From: Amoebidium appalachense
Lineage: Eukaryota; Protista; Ichthyosporea
Reading direction: 5' to 3'
Assembly (NCBI GenBank): GCA_963693365.1
Contig: CAVNZM010000017.1
Span: forward strand, 3,825,375 to 3,889,374
DNA: 64,000 nucleotides
The notes beneath the pieces are model-generated. The model worked only from the letters and a program-made list of their open reading frames with translations, had not been told where the DNA came from and ran no database searches. This document shows, piece by piece, positions 50,848-64,000 of the stretch. The position numbers were made by a program, and so were the translations under genes. Position 1 is the first letter of the stretch; each line of letters begins with the position of its first letter.

Positions 50848-52074
50848 GGGGGGGGGGAGGCCTAGGGGGGGGGGGAGGGAGGCCGGGGGGTGGGGCTGTG
50901 TACCAAGGTGCGTCTCCGTATGCCCGCGTCTCCGTATGCCCACGTTTCCGTATGCCTGCGCACTTACGTGGATGTGGATCACATGTACGCTCGGTTCGGA
51001 CCCAAAAATCACCAAAAGACAGTGTTCATCAGTGAAGTCGAACGAATTTCAATCAATTTGAAAAGCTTTGAACAATGGATTCGAACAGTTTCCTTTCAAA
51101 AACCCAAACCCAAAAACCCAAATCAATGCCAAAATCATCTACTCCATAAATTAAATCTAATAATTAAAAATTAAACCAAAATCATCTACTCAATAATTCC
51201 AACAAGGAAGTTTTCAGTCAGTGTGTGCGATTGAGGGGACAATGCACTGCCACCGGCATTGCCATCCGTGCACGTATGTCGGGAGCAGGGCCTGTGAGAT
51301 CATGATGTGGACTGTACATTTTCCCCTGCCCACTGCAAGCATGTACGGCCACATGAAGTATGAGCCGCAAAATCATAAAGAAAAACTTGTGGCAATACTA
51401 GTCTTGGCTCAGGCTGGCACATTGCACACGCCATGCATGCTTGTAAAAATGACAACGGAAACCGACAACATGCAAAAGTGTGCGTGTGACTTTGGAGTGC
51501 CACTTACTTATTAGACATGTACAGAATCACAAGATAATTACGCAATATAACAAATGGAAAAAGATACCACAAGACACCAGACCCGATGAAAGCATACACC
51601 TCGAAAAACTAAGCCTTGTGTCTCGTTTTATAAATAATGACCACCTTAACCATATTGCCAAATATGGCACTCGCAAATGTGTAACACCTAAATACATATT
51701 ACCTTCCTGTAGAACTGGTCTTTCTCTAGCATGATGGTATTATTGATCAATTACCACGCTTTTACTGTACACGTGCTATACAGTGGAGATCTAATAAGTA
51801 TAAGGTGGCATCGTTTGCATGCCCAAACAACACACACACACACCAGTTTAAACGGTCATGTATCGCCAAATGTAGTTTGATAGACCACATAATACCGCAA
51901 CACACACACGTCACATTCACAACAGACATCCAGAAAGATAGCCTACCTGTAAATTGCAACATCCTTGATTTTATACTAAACACGCGTAACTACGACCTGT
52001 TTATTAGATGTATTGATTGGCTTGAGAAACACATCATTACAAAATTCTAGCGCACGCACACACACACACACACA

Positions 52075-52147
<73 letters not shown>

Positions 52148-53039
52148 CCAGCTGATACCGAGTGTCCCAGGGGAGCCCATAAATAAATATATATAAAAAA
52201 ACAAAAAAACAAAAAAACAAAAAAAAAAAACGGGGAACCCCAACTAATTGATTTTTCTTAGTCTTTATGGTGTCTCGTAGAGAAAGTAAACCCTGATATA
52301 TAGTCATCACCCGACATCTATGTACGTGATCATGATATACCGATGAGGGGATATTCCGAGCAAAACCCCCCCATACCTGAGACTGGTCTCTCTTTGCCTC
52401 GAGTAAACAGCGTAAACCCCCAAACAACATTCCATATTGCAGTTCGTGATCTCGCTTTTAAAATTGCAATGAGCTGAACTGACAACAGTTCCATCATCTG
52501 TTCCATCATGGCATGCCTGGAATCCACAGATTTTTTTTTTTAGTGCTGGCAGATATAAATATAAATAGCTCCTCGTGTTCCTGGTACCCATCTTACTTAC
52601 AGGCCTCGGAGGCTACAGGCTCCGGGAGAAGGTAGCAGCGCATGAGGATGAGGGGGGCTCTAGTGTACGGGGTATCTCCCGTATATCTCGCTCATACAAG
52701 CCAATAGATGCAGGATGTCTGTTTTGAGACTCTAAGACTGCATGATAAAAGGCCTATCACACAATTCCAAGCTGTTTTCCTTGTTTCAGACGCAAAACCA
52801 AGTCTTTTACGGAGATAGAGTATTACTCATAACTCAACAAGAGCACTAGCCGTTATAAAAAAACTTCAAAACATGCAAAGAAAATTCCTACCTTGCTCTT
52901 ACACGAAGTCCTCAAGCCTAGGCTAAGAGTAAATCCCTTCTCTGTCGGACGTCTTCACAAGAAGATTACAGCGACTTTAAACCAATCAGCAACCTCCATG
53001 AGGAACATCGAATGTCCATTTCAAACCTAAACCTTCTGA

Positions 53040-53047
53040 TATATAAA
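53040..53047 (+). promoter_or_regulatory. TATA box of the 53205 gene
   Basis: TATATAAA 165 bp upstream of the CACCATGG start; CCAAT at about 52982. Confidence 0.45.
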
Positions 53048-53204
53048 CCGCAAACACTGAGTCCTTCGATCATTCACTCTTCAATCAACAAAGCGTGCGA
53101 GCAGCAACAACAACAGCGCACCGCAAACAGCAACCCGCTTCACCCCGTCTTTGCTAACATATATATATTAATCAGCCATTATATTCATGCTTCATTCAAA
53201 CACC

Positions 53205-53936
53205 ATGGCCACCCTTGCAGTGATTTCCGCTCTCCTTGCCGCCACCTCCGCCATGCCCATCAACCAGGAGGGCTCTGCCATCACCACCGGTGAATCCCTA
53301 CCGCTCGCCCGGGCTGTGCGCTCGAGCGAATGCACCAAGTCCGCCAGCTACACCGTGCTCAAAGGCACAGGGCAAGGGGACGATGGCGACGACGACTGCG
53401 AGGGATCGTGTGACTGCAACGGCCTGCGCACGTGCAGCCCGATGGACGGTGTATGTGTTGGTGACGTGAGTCTTTCCTGCACCGATCCCGCATACAAGTT
53501 CAACGAAACCATGCGCACGACAGACAACAGAGGGAAGGTGCTGGAAACGGGCCCCACCGAGTGTCTGAGCGCGTGTGACTGCAACGGCGTGCGCACGTGC
53601 TCGGTGTACGGCACGTGCTACACGCCCGCTACAGCCGCTGAATACAACAAGCTGATCGATGCGGCGCTTGTGGGGGAGGAGGTGACGGTGCCGGCGCAGT
53701 TTGAGGGCAGCGCCAAGGGCTCGAACGACACGTTTTTCAGCATCATGCCGGGCACAAGCATCCACGTGCAGGCCGGGCAGAGCCTTACGAAGGTGCTGAA
53801 GGACTGGCGCCGGTGTGATGCGGTGGTCAAGTGCACACAGTACCAGAGCTACTTCCGTGGCGGCATGCAGCTGTGTGAGCTGGGCTCGTCCAGTGACGAT
53901 GGCTACCAGTGCACCCGCCGCACGTGCTGCAACTAG
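53205..53936 (+). CDS. Intronless secreted cysteine-rich protein (243 aa) with two CxxxCDCNGxRTCSxxGxC repeats
   Basis: Strong start context CACCATGG, signal peptide MATLAVISALLAATSA, repeats CEGSCDCNGLRTCSPMDGVC and CLSACDCNGVRTCSVYGTC, Cys-rich C-terminus. Confidence 0.85.
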   Translation: MATLAVISALLAATSAMPINQEGSAITTGESLPLARAVRSSECTKSASYTVLKGTGQGDDGDDDCEGSCDCNGLRTCSPMDGVCVGDVSLSCTDPAYKFNETMRTTDNRGKVLETGPTECLSACDCNGVRTCSVYGTCYTPATAAEYNKLIDAALVGEEVTVPAQFEGSAKGSNDTFFSIMPGTSIHVQAGQSLTKVLKDWRRCDAVVKCTQYQSYFRGGMQLCELGSSSDDGYQCTRRTCCN

Positions 53937-54281
53937 TGTGGTGCAGTCCTGGTGCCGATAGTATTTTTAGAGTAAAGCAGTATGCCTGAGTTGTTGCACT
54001 TAGTGTTAGACTACATTTTTATAAAGTTTGATGCACTGGTTGCACCAAAGATCACATGTTTTTAGACTTTAAAAATTTTAAACTTTCACCCAAAGACGAT
54101 GAAGTTCATGGTGTGAGACGTTGACAAAAACAACAAAGAAAATCACCGAGAAAAACTTAAAATACAGGCTCACGTCTGCATCTCTGTACAATCTCCTCTC
54201 TTTCCCTCTCTATCTCTCCCCCTTTCCCTCCCCCTCCTCCCCCCCCCCCTCCCCGCCGCCCCTCTCACTCTCTCTGCTCAT

Positions 54282-54370
<89 letters not shown>

Positions 54371-54385
54371 GCACACACACACAGA

Positions 54386-54546
<161 letters not shown>

Positions 54547-55509
54547 CCTCCGTCTCGCTCCCTCCCTCTTGATAAGCCGCCGGCAAGATCGAGCCACTTA
54601 TATCGACAAGTTGCGCGCGATCCTTATACAAGTAGTGGTAAAAACACGAAACCCAGGAAAAAAAACTGCAAACCGACGTTCATGACAACCTAACGGTCAC
54701 GTGGACACCAAGAACACGTAAGTTTGTTTCTGATAACTGCTGCATACTGCGCTGCGAACTTGGCGCTGCTAGCGAAAAACTGGATTTTCTGGACGAATTC
54801 TTGGCTACGTGCCAAATATCGTCTCCCCACAGTGTGCTACACCATATAGTAATTAGTAGCAAATAAAGAAAATAGTGCGGGCATGCTAGTCACAAAATAT
54901 CAAGGCTTTTTGTTGTGTTTTCAACGAGTTCACTATGTAGCGTTCTGTAGAGGGTCGCCCTCTTCCACCGGAAATGGTCCGCAGTCGGGCGGAATCGAGC
55001 CTGACTGCATGGGCTTTCCGGACAAATTCTGGATTTTCTCAAAATATGGTCGCCCAAAGGAGCGCGGGCCTTTCAAGGAGTAGTAGAAAGCAAAAAACAG
55101 TGTGGTAGCTAGCCTGGGGCAAAGTTTGAAGGCTTTAAGTTGTCTTTTCATCGAGTTCACTGTGTAGCATTTTCCAGGGGTTCACTCGCCCCGGAGGGAT
55201 TCTGGGCCACATTTGATCTGGCGACAGACGAGGAATGCGGAAAAAACACGATACCCCTTGTAGGTTGGCAAGCGCTGGTACCCTCTTTTATTACACCAAT
55301 CACCTTGGTCCAAAGACAAAAAAGCAAAAAGCCAGGAAACTTCAGCAGCTAACTGGGCATACCAAGAAAGAGCGCGCGACTCTCGACCACTCAGCTGTAG
55401 TGGGGGTCGCCTCTTACATAGGTGACCGCCAGTGAAACGGGCTACTCTGGTGGCTCGTTCGGCCTGAATGAGCCACATATGTCAGTGACTCATTGGCGAC
55501 CTTATCAGT

Positions 55510-55578
<69 letters not shown>

Positions 55579-55635
55579 CCCCCCCTCCCTCCCTCCCTCT
55601 CGCTCCCTCCCTCCCTCCCTCTCTCTTTCTCTCTC

Positions 55636-55748
<113 letters not shown>

Positions 55749-55820
55749 CTCTCTCTCTCTCTCTCCCCCCCCCCCCTCCCTCCCTCCCTTTCGCTCCCTC
55801 CCTCTGTCTCTCTCTTCTCT

Positions 55821-55943
<123 letters not shown>

Positions 55944-56089
55944 ATTATCTATCTATCTATCTATCTATCTCTTCTCCCGACCCCGATCCCTTACTTACTT
56001 TGCCCTCTCCGTCTACCTCTCCCTCTTCCTCCCGAGAATCACTCACTCAATCCCTCCCGCTCCGTTTGCCTCAGTCTCCCTCTTCTCCT

Positions 56090-56537
56090 GCAAAAAGCAG
56101 AATTATTCTGTAAAAAGCAGAATTATTCTGCTAAAAGCAGAATTATTTAGCAAAAGCAGAATTATTCTGCGAAAGCAGAATCAATCTGCTAACAGCAATA
56201 TTATTCTGCAAAGGCAGAATTATTCTGCTCAAAGCAGAATTATTCTGCTAGAAGCAGAGTTATTCCGCTAAAAGCAGAATTATTCCGCTAGAAGCAGAAT
56301 TATACCGCTAGAAGCAGAATTGTTCCGCCAAAAGCAGAATTATTCTGCTGTCGAAAGCAGAAAAATTCTGCTTTTTGCGGAGTAATTCTGCCAAAAACAT
56401 CTAAAAGCAGAGTGATTTGCTTTTACAGGCAGAGTAATTCTGCTTTTGCAGAATAATTCTGCTTTTTGCAGATTGATTCTGTGTTATGCAGAATTATTCT
56501 GCTATTCTGCCTTTGCAGAATAATTCTGCTTTTTGCA
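56090..56537. repeat. Array of AAAAGCAGAATTATTCTGC units, copy B, with a polarity switch near 56365-56420
   Basis: About 14 units in one orientation, then about 7 in reverse complement (GCAGAATAATTCTGCTTTT). Confidence 0.9.
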
Positions 56538-56629
56538 AATTGACTCTGCCGATGTGGTTGGGCCCTCACGAATTTATCTTCTAACACACGACAAATATAT
56601 CGGCAACAAAAAGAAACGGGACTACCAGT

Positions 56630-57116
56630 GACTGCAAACCAGGTTACACCCATGATGTGCACATGTTAAATGGGTCATCTGTGTGCTCAGATTTGTGGCC
56701 CCAAGGTTTACCTGTAGGGCCGTGTACTTTGACGGACGTGTATATAAGGGTCCCTTTGACTTTTTTATCATGTTTATGCCTTCCCCCCCCCCCCCCCCCA
56801 TCTCCCTCTTTTTATCCGCTTTTACCTCCCCCCCCCCCCCCCCCTCCCCCCAAAACCTTTCCACCCCACACATGCCCTCCGGTTGCTAAACTGATATTCA
56901 CAAAGAAAAGAGGAGGAAAGAGGATACCGGAAGCATTATAACAAGAGAAATGAAAAACTGGTGGGTACGTTATGGTTGTAGGGTGCTGTGATGTGGGTGG
57001 ATGGGAAGCTTGTTGGTGGTGAGAGAGGCCTGAGGAGTGATATGGAAGGGGAGGGGAAGGGAGGGAGGGGGAGGGGGGTGGGGGGTGGGGAGGGGGGGAT
57101 GGATCTGGTGTGTGTC

Positions 57117-57156
<40 letters not shown>

Positions 57157-57441
57157 CGCGCGCACGCCGCGCTCGTGTGCGTATGAGCTGTGTGTGTGCG
57201 CGTGTCTCGAACCCAACGGTTAGGGCATCTTAAGTTTTTGTTAGCAACCACTCTATGTCACCGAATGTAAATCAGAATCGAGGGAAGAAACCTTGTAAGG
57301 AGGACCCCCCCCCCCCCCGGCCCCCTCCCCCCTTCCCCCCCGCCCCTCCCCACCCAGAGCCCGCACACCCTTTCCCCCTAAACAAACACACAAACGACAC
57401 GCAACTAACACCTCACGTGGCAGTACACCTCTATACCCCCC

Positions 57442-57492
<51 letters not shown>

Positions 57493-58068
57493 CCCTCCCC
57501 CCCCCCCTCTCTCTCCCCCCCTCTCTTTCCCCCCCCCCCCTCCCCCCCCCCCTCACTCTCTACTGCGAGTGAGGGCCCACGGGCATAGGGGGAGGGGAGG
57601 GGGAAGGGGGGAACCAACCCACAGAGAGACCTGAACACACCAGCTCCCTTCAAGACTGTTTGAAGATGAAGACGGGGGATAGTCAATTACAAAATGGATA
57701 CCGGTAGATAAATACATATTACCTCGTGTCCTTGCGTGATGGATACCTCAAAGCAGGCGGGAAGCGGAGGGTTTTTTTTCCGCGGGGGGAGGGGGGGATG
57801 GCGGGGCGAGGGGGGGAGGGGGGGGGCAGAGGGGAAGGTGGTGTGTGTGTGTGGGGGGGGGGGGGGGGGGGGAGTCCTAGAGGAAGGTGGTGTGTGTGTG
57901 TGTGTGTGTGTGTGTGTTGGGGGGGGGGGGGGGGGGGAAGAAGGGGCGGGGGAAGGAGAGGGAAGGAGGTGAGTGTGTGGGTGGGCGGGTGGGCCGGGGA
58001 AGGGGGGGGGGGGGGGGGGAGGTGTGTGTGTGGTGTGTGGGTGTGTGGGTGTGTGGGTGTGTGTGTGT

Positions 58069-58115
<47 letters not shown>

Positions 58116-58307
58116 GGGGGTGAAATAGACTATTTGAACTTTTTGGCGCACAGCAGTGACAGACAGCAACAGCCATCGGCAAACCAGCTTCAACTTTCGG
58201 AAAGTTTACTAGTTTGGTCTCTTTTTCTGTTCAGAATCTTTTAAGGGGCCGGGGGTTGGAGGGGGAGGGGAGGGGGAGGAATACGGCTTTAGGTCCCGGC
58301 GAGAGGG

Positions 58308-58345
<38 letters not shown>

Positions 58346-60524
58346 TGATCACTCAGCTTTATGTTTCATTTTTGTGACTGGCTGTCAGCAGGTTCTGGTT
58401 ATCTCGGGTCATGCTATTGCCAAAAAACAGAATTTCGGATTCCAGAGGCACGCAATGGCCAAAGACCAAAAATCTGAGTTCCAACAGGTGCCGCCTCTAC
58501 GTGTCCAGCAACACTTGCCGTTTTTTCTCGTGCGGCAAATAAGAGGACAAGGCAACAGAAACAGCCTGCCAGCTGTTTTACAAGAGTTACAGGAAGTGTG
58601 TGAGAAAGGACTGGTGAAGAACGGTATACATAGGGTGAAAAGGAGTAGAAACAAATAGCCGATCATAAGCCGCTTGAAGGTCAATAAAATGCAGCATCCG
58701 AGAGGGCCGGCAAAGTAATGATTAATGAAGGTAGTAGAGTTCAAAGAACTTATCAGCGGCCAATATGGCACACCCGAGGTGGTTGGTCGGTGGGATGAAA
58801 AAGCACGAGGCTAGGTTTCCTTGCTCAACAGGATTTCTGATCTATAGTAATAAATTGCATCATCGGACTGGCAAAGACGAAATGCAGGTAAGAGAACGCT
58901 TCAAGATCTTAGGAATTACTGTAAAAGAAAGCACAGAAATTCTTGCTTGCCCTTTCTTGGGGAGAAAAGGAAACCCCATCACCGTTTTCCTCAAACAACT
59001 GCCAGGCTCAACATGTGAAGGGCCAGAATTTTGCTTTAGAAGGTCAAGATCTTTTATACAAACACAGCTGTTGCCTTCTTCTGGTAAGCTTTTAATAACT
59101 CTCTAGCGTAAGATTACTAGCTTGCGCTGAAGATTTTTTTTTTTGGGTGTACCTTGGAGTAGCTGATACTGAACTTGCGCACATCAGAAGGCGGTAAATC
59201 TCAGTGTACACATGTGCACACACACTTGAAACCTTGCAATCTAATTCACAAAACAAACAATTAACACAGCATCTACTTTCTACTCGGCACCCAGTAAAGC
59301 ACCGCGAACTCTCCTCTGTTAGCAAAGGTTAGGTGTGGTGACTCACCATGTTGCAGTTCGTTTGCTCATCCACCGGCTGGGTTTTTATATTTGGCAGCAA
59401 CCCCGGGAAGGGGAGGCACGGGAACGTTGGAGCCCATCAGCTGCGACCTGGCCAAGTCGATCAGCTTGTCTTGTACTGCAAGCTGTCCAACGACCAGCAG
59501 CTTCTCCACCTCAGAACATAAGCGTTGTGCCTCAGCATCGAGACGTCGTGCTTCGGCCATTGTTTCCGCAGTTTTCCGAAATGCACCTTGCTGGTTGCTA
59601 ATCAGCTGCAACACGCCAAGTAACTCCTCCTGGGACATCTGCAGGGAACAAAAATAAGTGCTCCTCGAGGGAGGGGCTCTATTGTATGGACTTGTGGCAA
59701 ACGAAAGAAACATCTTCTCCCCTGCAACCACCCATCGGATGCTCCTACCCTTTCATCCAAATCGCCGTACACGAGGGTAATCACGGATTTAGTCGGGTTA
59801 CCGTTCGTACTATAGTATTATGGCCAAAGAACAGGGCTTTTAAACTTTATCCACGGGCATCCGCAGCGAAAGCCACCTGTGTTTGCATGTGTGTATTACA
59901 ATGTATGTGAGTGTGTCCCAGGTGTATTCTTCCAAAGATTTGTGGCCCCAAAGTTTGATGCCTGATGTTTACCTGTAGCCGGGCCTTGTACTCGTTGTGG
60001 ACGTGTATACAGGGGTCATTTTGACCTGTTTATCATGTTTATGCCTGCCCCCCTCCCCCCCCTCCCCCCTTCCCCCCTCCCTCCCCCTTTCCCCTCCTTC
60101 TGCCCCGTCCCCCCCAAAACCTCTCGATCCCCCACGTGCTCGTCGGTTGCTACTTGATAAGAAACTTTGATAAAAACAAAGAAATGAGGAGCAAAAAGGA
60201 CACCGCGAGGTGCCACATAAAAGAAACTTTGATAAAAGAAAGAAAAGAGGAGGAATAAGGACACTGGAAGCAAAATGAATTAAAGTGGAAAACTGGTGGG
60301 TACTAATATTAAATAATGATTTAAAGCGGCTGTGTGGGTGGATGAGCAGGTGGTAGTCTTGGTGATGGTGAGAGAAGGGAGTGAGGGGGGGGGGGGGGGG
60401 GGGGGGGTTGTGAATCTGGTGTGTGAGGGTTCGTGTGTGAGTGTTCGTGTGTGTATTCGTGTGTGTTCGTGTGTATGCATGAGTGTGTGTGCATGTGTGC
60501 GTGCGTGCATGCGTGAGTGCGTGC

Positions 60525-60574
<50 letters not shown>

Positions 60575-60600
60575 CAGTGTGTGTCTGTGTGTGTCTGTGT

Positions 60601-60667
<67 letters not shown>

Positions 60668-60668
60668 G

Positions 60669-60759
<91 letters not shown>

Positions 60760-61037
60760 GGCGTCTAACAGTTTGGGTATCGGAAGGTGCTGTTAGCGAC
60801 CACTTTGTCACCGTAGCATGGTATATCAGACTGAAGGAAAAAGACACTGTAGGGAGAGCCTCCCTCCCTCCCTTCTCCCCTCCCACTTGACCTGTTCTCT
60901 CTTCTCGCTGGCTTCTCTCTCTTTCCCTCCCTCCCTCTCTCTCTCTCTCTCCCCCTCTCCCGCGCCCCCCCTGCCCCCCCCCCCCCTCTCCCCTCCCCTT
61001 CACCCCCTCCCACCCCCTCCCCCCCCTCTCTCTCTTG

Positions 61038-61089
<52 letters not shown>

Positions 61090-61220
61090 CCTCCCTCCCT
61101 CCCTCCCTCTCTCCCTCCCTCTCTCTCTCTCTCTCTCTAGATCTCTCTCCCTAGATCTCTCGCTCGCTCGCTCGCTCGCTCGCTTGCTCGCTTGCTCGCT
61201 CGCTCTTCGAGGCTCTCTAT

Positions 61221-61257
<37 letters not shown>

Positions 61258-62645
61258 CATCCCTTTCTGAGACTCCCTCGCTTGCGCGCAGCATCCTCTC
61301 GCTCTCTCCCTCTGACCTCGCTTTCTCGAGCTCGATCTCTCTCTCTCTCCCCCCCCCCCCCCCCCCCCCCCTGAGATCTCCCCCCTCTCTCCGCTTCTCT
61401 CTTAAGCCTCTCTCTCGCTTTTCCCACACCCCACCGTCCTCTTTTCCCTCCCTCTTCTCCCTCCCCTCTCACTCCATAGGTACCCTACCAAGGTAGCAGT
61501 GTGAGTGCGATTCTGTGAAGTCATGCATAAATTCATCTATATTTATGATCCCGTTCTCACTCCCTTTGCAACGAATTCCCCCCCCCCCCCCTCCCCCCTC
61601 CCCCTGGGGCCCCGGGCCCTTCCCCCCTCCTTCCCTTAAACACACACACGGACAAACTGCAGGTCGACCCTGCAGTTCCTTTCCCCACGGGTTTCCTTGA
61701 CTAAGACCTGACAGCCGAGTAACTTGCAAGGCCTTCTATCACATGGTCCAGCAACAATCATGATACATCACACATATATATAGAGGGGGGAAGGGGAGAT
61801 AGGGGGTAAAAAACGTATAAATTCAGGCACATACTATCATTTGCAGGGGGAGGAGGAGGATTGAGGGGGGGAGGGGGGGGGGGGGGAGGGGGAGGGGAGG
61901 GGAGGGAGGGGGGGGAGGGGGGCGGGGGGGAGAGCATAACCGGGTGGGTGGGCACTGCCAGAGAGGTGTGATGGTGAGTGGCTCGTTGCTTCTGTACGTG
62001 TGAAGGGGGAGGGGGTGGAAAGGGGGAAAGGGGGGGGCGGGGAGGGAAAGGGAGGGGGGGGGGGGAGGGGAGGGAGAGGGCGGGCGGGGGGGGGGGGGGG
62101 GAGGGGGGATGTCCTCACTATATGTTCCCGCTTCATTCTCTGATATACAAATAAGCCAGAACCTGGCCGCTCACCAACCTATGCCAAATATTCCAAATGC
62201 TTGTATACCGATAGATGTATGTGCACACGACTCACATGTTAAAATCCTTTCTGCACTTTGACCAGTTAATCCAGCCAAGCTCGGCAATGCATATAGCTGA
62301 TGACCGTGATGCAATAACTAATTAGTACTACGGACGATTCTAGAAATACGCACATGTTCACGGTTGTCATATGTGACACGTTGCTATGCAGTCTAAGAAA
62401 GGAACTAGAGGGTTCTTCACACAAACGTTACCGGCGTAACGCGTGCACACTGGGAGTGCAACAAACGCGTAGCTGGCAAATACGAATTCAGCACCTTGCA
62501 GAATGGCGTAACTTGATGGAATGCAGAGTGCACGTGGGTTTTTGTGCACGTTAGTGCATACGATTGCTGGCTGCATGTCTTCGGTGCATGTTAGGGACAC
62601 AACCCCTTGCTGGTAACATATGCCCCGTGTCAATTTGGCCCGCAA

Positions 62646-62683
<38 letters not shown>

Positions 62684-63710
62684 AGGGGGGGTGGAGAGGA
62701 AAAAAAAAAACTGGGTTGGGGGGGGGGGGAGGGGGGGGGGGGGGAAGACTCGCATATTTTGATATTTGCAAAACGGTAGACAACCCGTCAATCACACACA
62801 CACATCACCAACCCATCCTTTCACCCAAACCCCAAAACACAAAAGAGGAAGCAGAATTAGTAGTCAACGACTTATTACTGTAGACCATGCATTGGGGTAC
62901 ACAACCTGAGATCTCAGACGGACAGATTTTCAAAGCATCCACAGACATTCCCACAAAGCGGCATGTGTATACGCGCATATGCGAGTGTGTTTGGGGGGTA
63001 TTTGTGGGATGCGCATGCGCCTGTCACTGCGTGTGTGTTCGTACACATATGAACATGCTAAGCAGAACCTGTGCACACATGTGTTTTCCGCGTGCGAGGG
63101 CGTGTGTGTGTGCGTGTATGTTCGTCTGTGTGTGTGTGTGTGCGTGCGTATGTGCTTGTGGGCACACACGCATACGATGTGTGTGTCTTGTGTGCACGTG
63201 TATGTGTAAGTAAATTTTTTTTTGGGGGTGTGTGTTTTTGGTGTGTGTGTGCGTGCGTGCCCATGTTTGCGCCCGTGGGTACGTGTGTGCATATGTGTGC
63301 CGGCACGTGTGGGCGGGTGCCTGTGACTTACCTAATTTTGGACTGGCTGTGCCACAAAACAGAGTCCATATATAGGCGTGCCTGGATGCATGCCATGCGT
63401 TTGCACCGGCTACAAGTTGTACTTTTGTTAATGCCGCTGTGCAATGGTCGAGCACAAAAAGGCAGCACACACTTCGAAGCCAAAACATTTCGACAAAAAG
63501 AAACTGCAAAATCGGAATGGCTGCAAACCAGGCCACACTCCTGGTGTGCACATGTTGTAATGGGTCATCCCATGCCTTGTGCAACGTGGTACAGATTTAT
63601 GGCCCCAAAATGTGATGCCTAAGGTTTACCTGTAGGGCCGTGTGGTCGTGGTGGACGTGTGTTTAGATATGCATTTGATCTTATGCCACGCAATTTATGC
63701 CTGCCTGCCC
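56630..63710 (+). repeat. Three diverged direct copies of a 0.2-0.4-kb segment (about 56630, 59935, 63520)
   Basis: Shared ATTT(G/A)TGGCCCCAA...GTTTACCTGTAG...GGACGTGT...TTTATGCC. Confidence 0.8.
59347..59638 (-). pseudogene. Isolated exon-like segment (MSQEELLGVLQLISNQQG...) with an in-frame TGA shortly before a strong donor
   Basis: ctgcag|ATG acceptor, |gtgagt donor, coiled-coil-like translation, TGA at 59368-59366; no partner exons found. Confidence 0.4.
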
Positions 63711-63744
63711 TCCCCCCTCCCCCCCCCCCCCCCTCCCCCCCCCC

Positions 63745-63795
<51 letters not shown>

Positions 63796-63825
63796 CCTGG
63801 CCCGACCCAAACCCTCGGGCCCCAC

Positions 63826-63904
<79 letters not shown>

Positions 63905-64000
63905 TGTGTGTGTGTGTGCTGTATACAGTGCGTGCATGCATGCATCATCAGTGTGCGAGCATTGTACATGCGTGCGTGCGCGCGTGTGTGCGTGCGTGCG

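Larger units (their letters stand above)
56090..62880. repeat. Large degenerate repeat unit B, colinear with 42440-48560
   Basis: Same ordered blocks as unit A; lacks the TRIM insertion. Confidence 0.75.

Noticed and set aside
54895-55420. ~40-bp direct repeats (54903, 55130) and a related motif near 55395 as a defined element
   Set aside because: Probably a decayed transposon, but no termini, TSD or coding remnant could be established.
56090-56537. Heat-shock element array
   Set aside because: Spacing is GAA-N3-TTC, not the nGAAnnTTCn of an HSE.

Overview
Eukaryotic genomic DNA, intron-rich and saturated with (CA)n/(TG)n, (GA)n and poly-G/poly-C tracts. It is probably a protist; the taxon cannot be fixed from sequence. 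Almost all ORFs in the supplied track are microsatellite artefacts. Manual splicing recovers a 29-exon, ~1046-aa gene (6274-30391, +) encoding a receptor-type class IIIb adenylyl cyclase: N-terminal C2 domain, TM1, glycosylated dCache-type sensor carrying the amino-acid-binding motif, TM2, HAMP-like linker, intact catalytic domain and a bacterial-type TPR-like tail. Other genes are a secreted ricin-B x2/TSP1/mucin-stalk lectin (33446-36533, -), an intronless bacterial-like multi-TM protein (39969-41036, +), an intronless secreted Cys-repeat protein (53205-53936, +) and three gene fragments of unknown function. Mobile DNA includes a Tc1/mariner MITE, a 39-bp TIR-only hAT element, a 1.5-kb non-autonomous hAT, two copies of a small MITE with 9-bp TSDs, a complete Copia-derived TRIM, two minisatellites and a ~6-kb degenerate repeat present twice. 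All calls were made by eye, without database searches.
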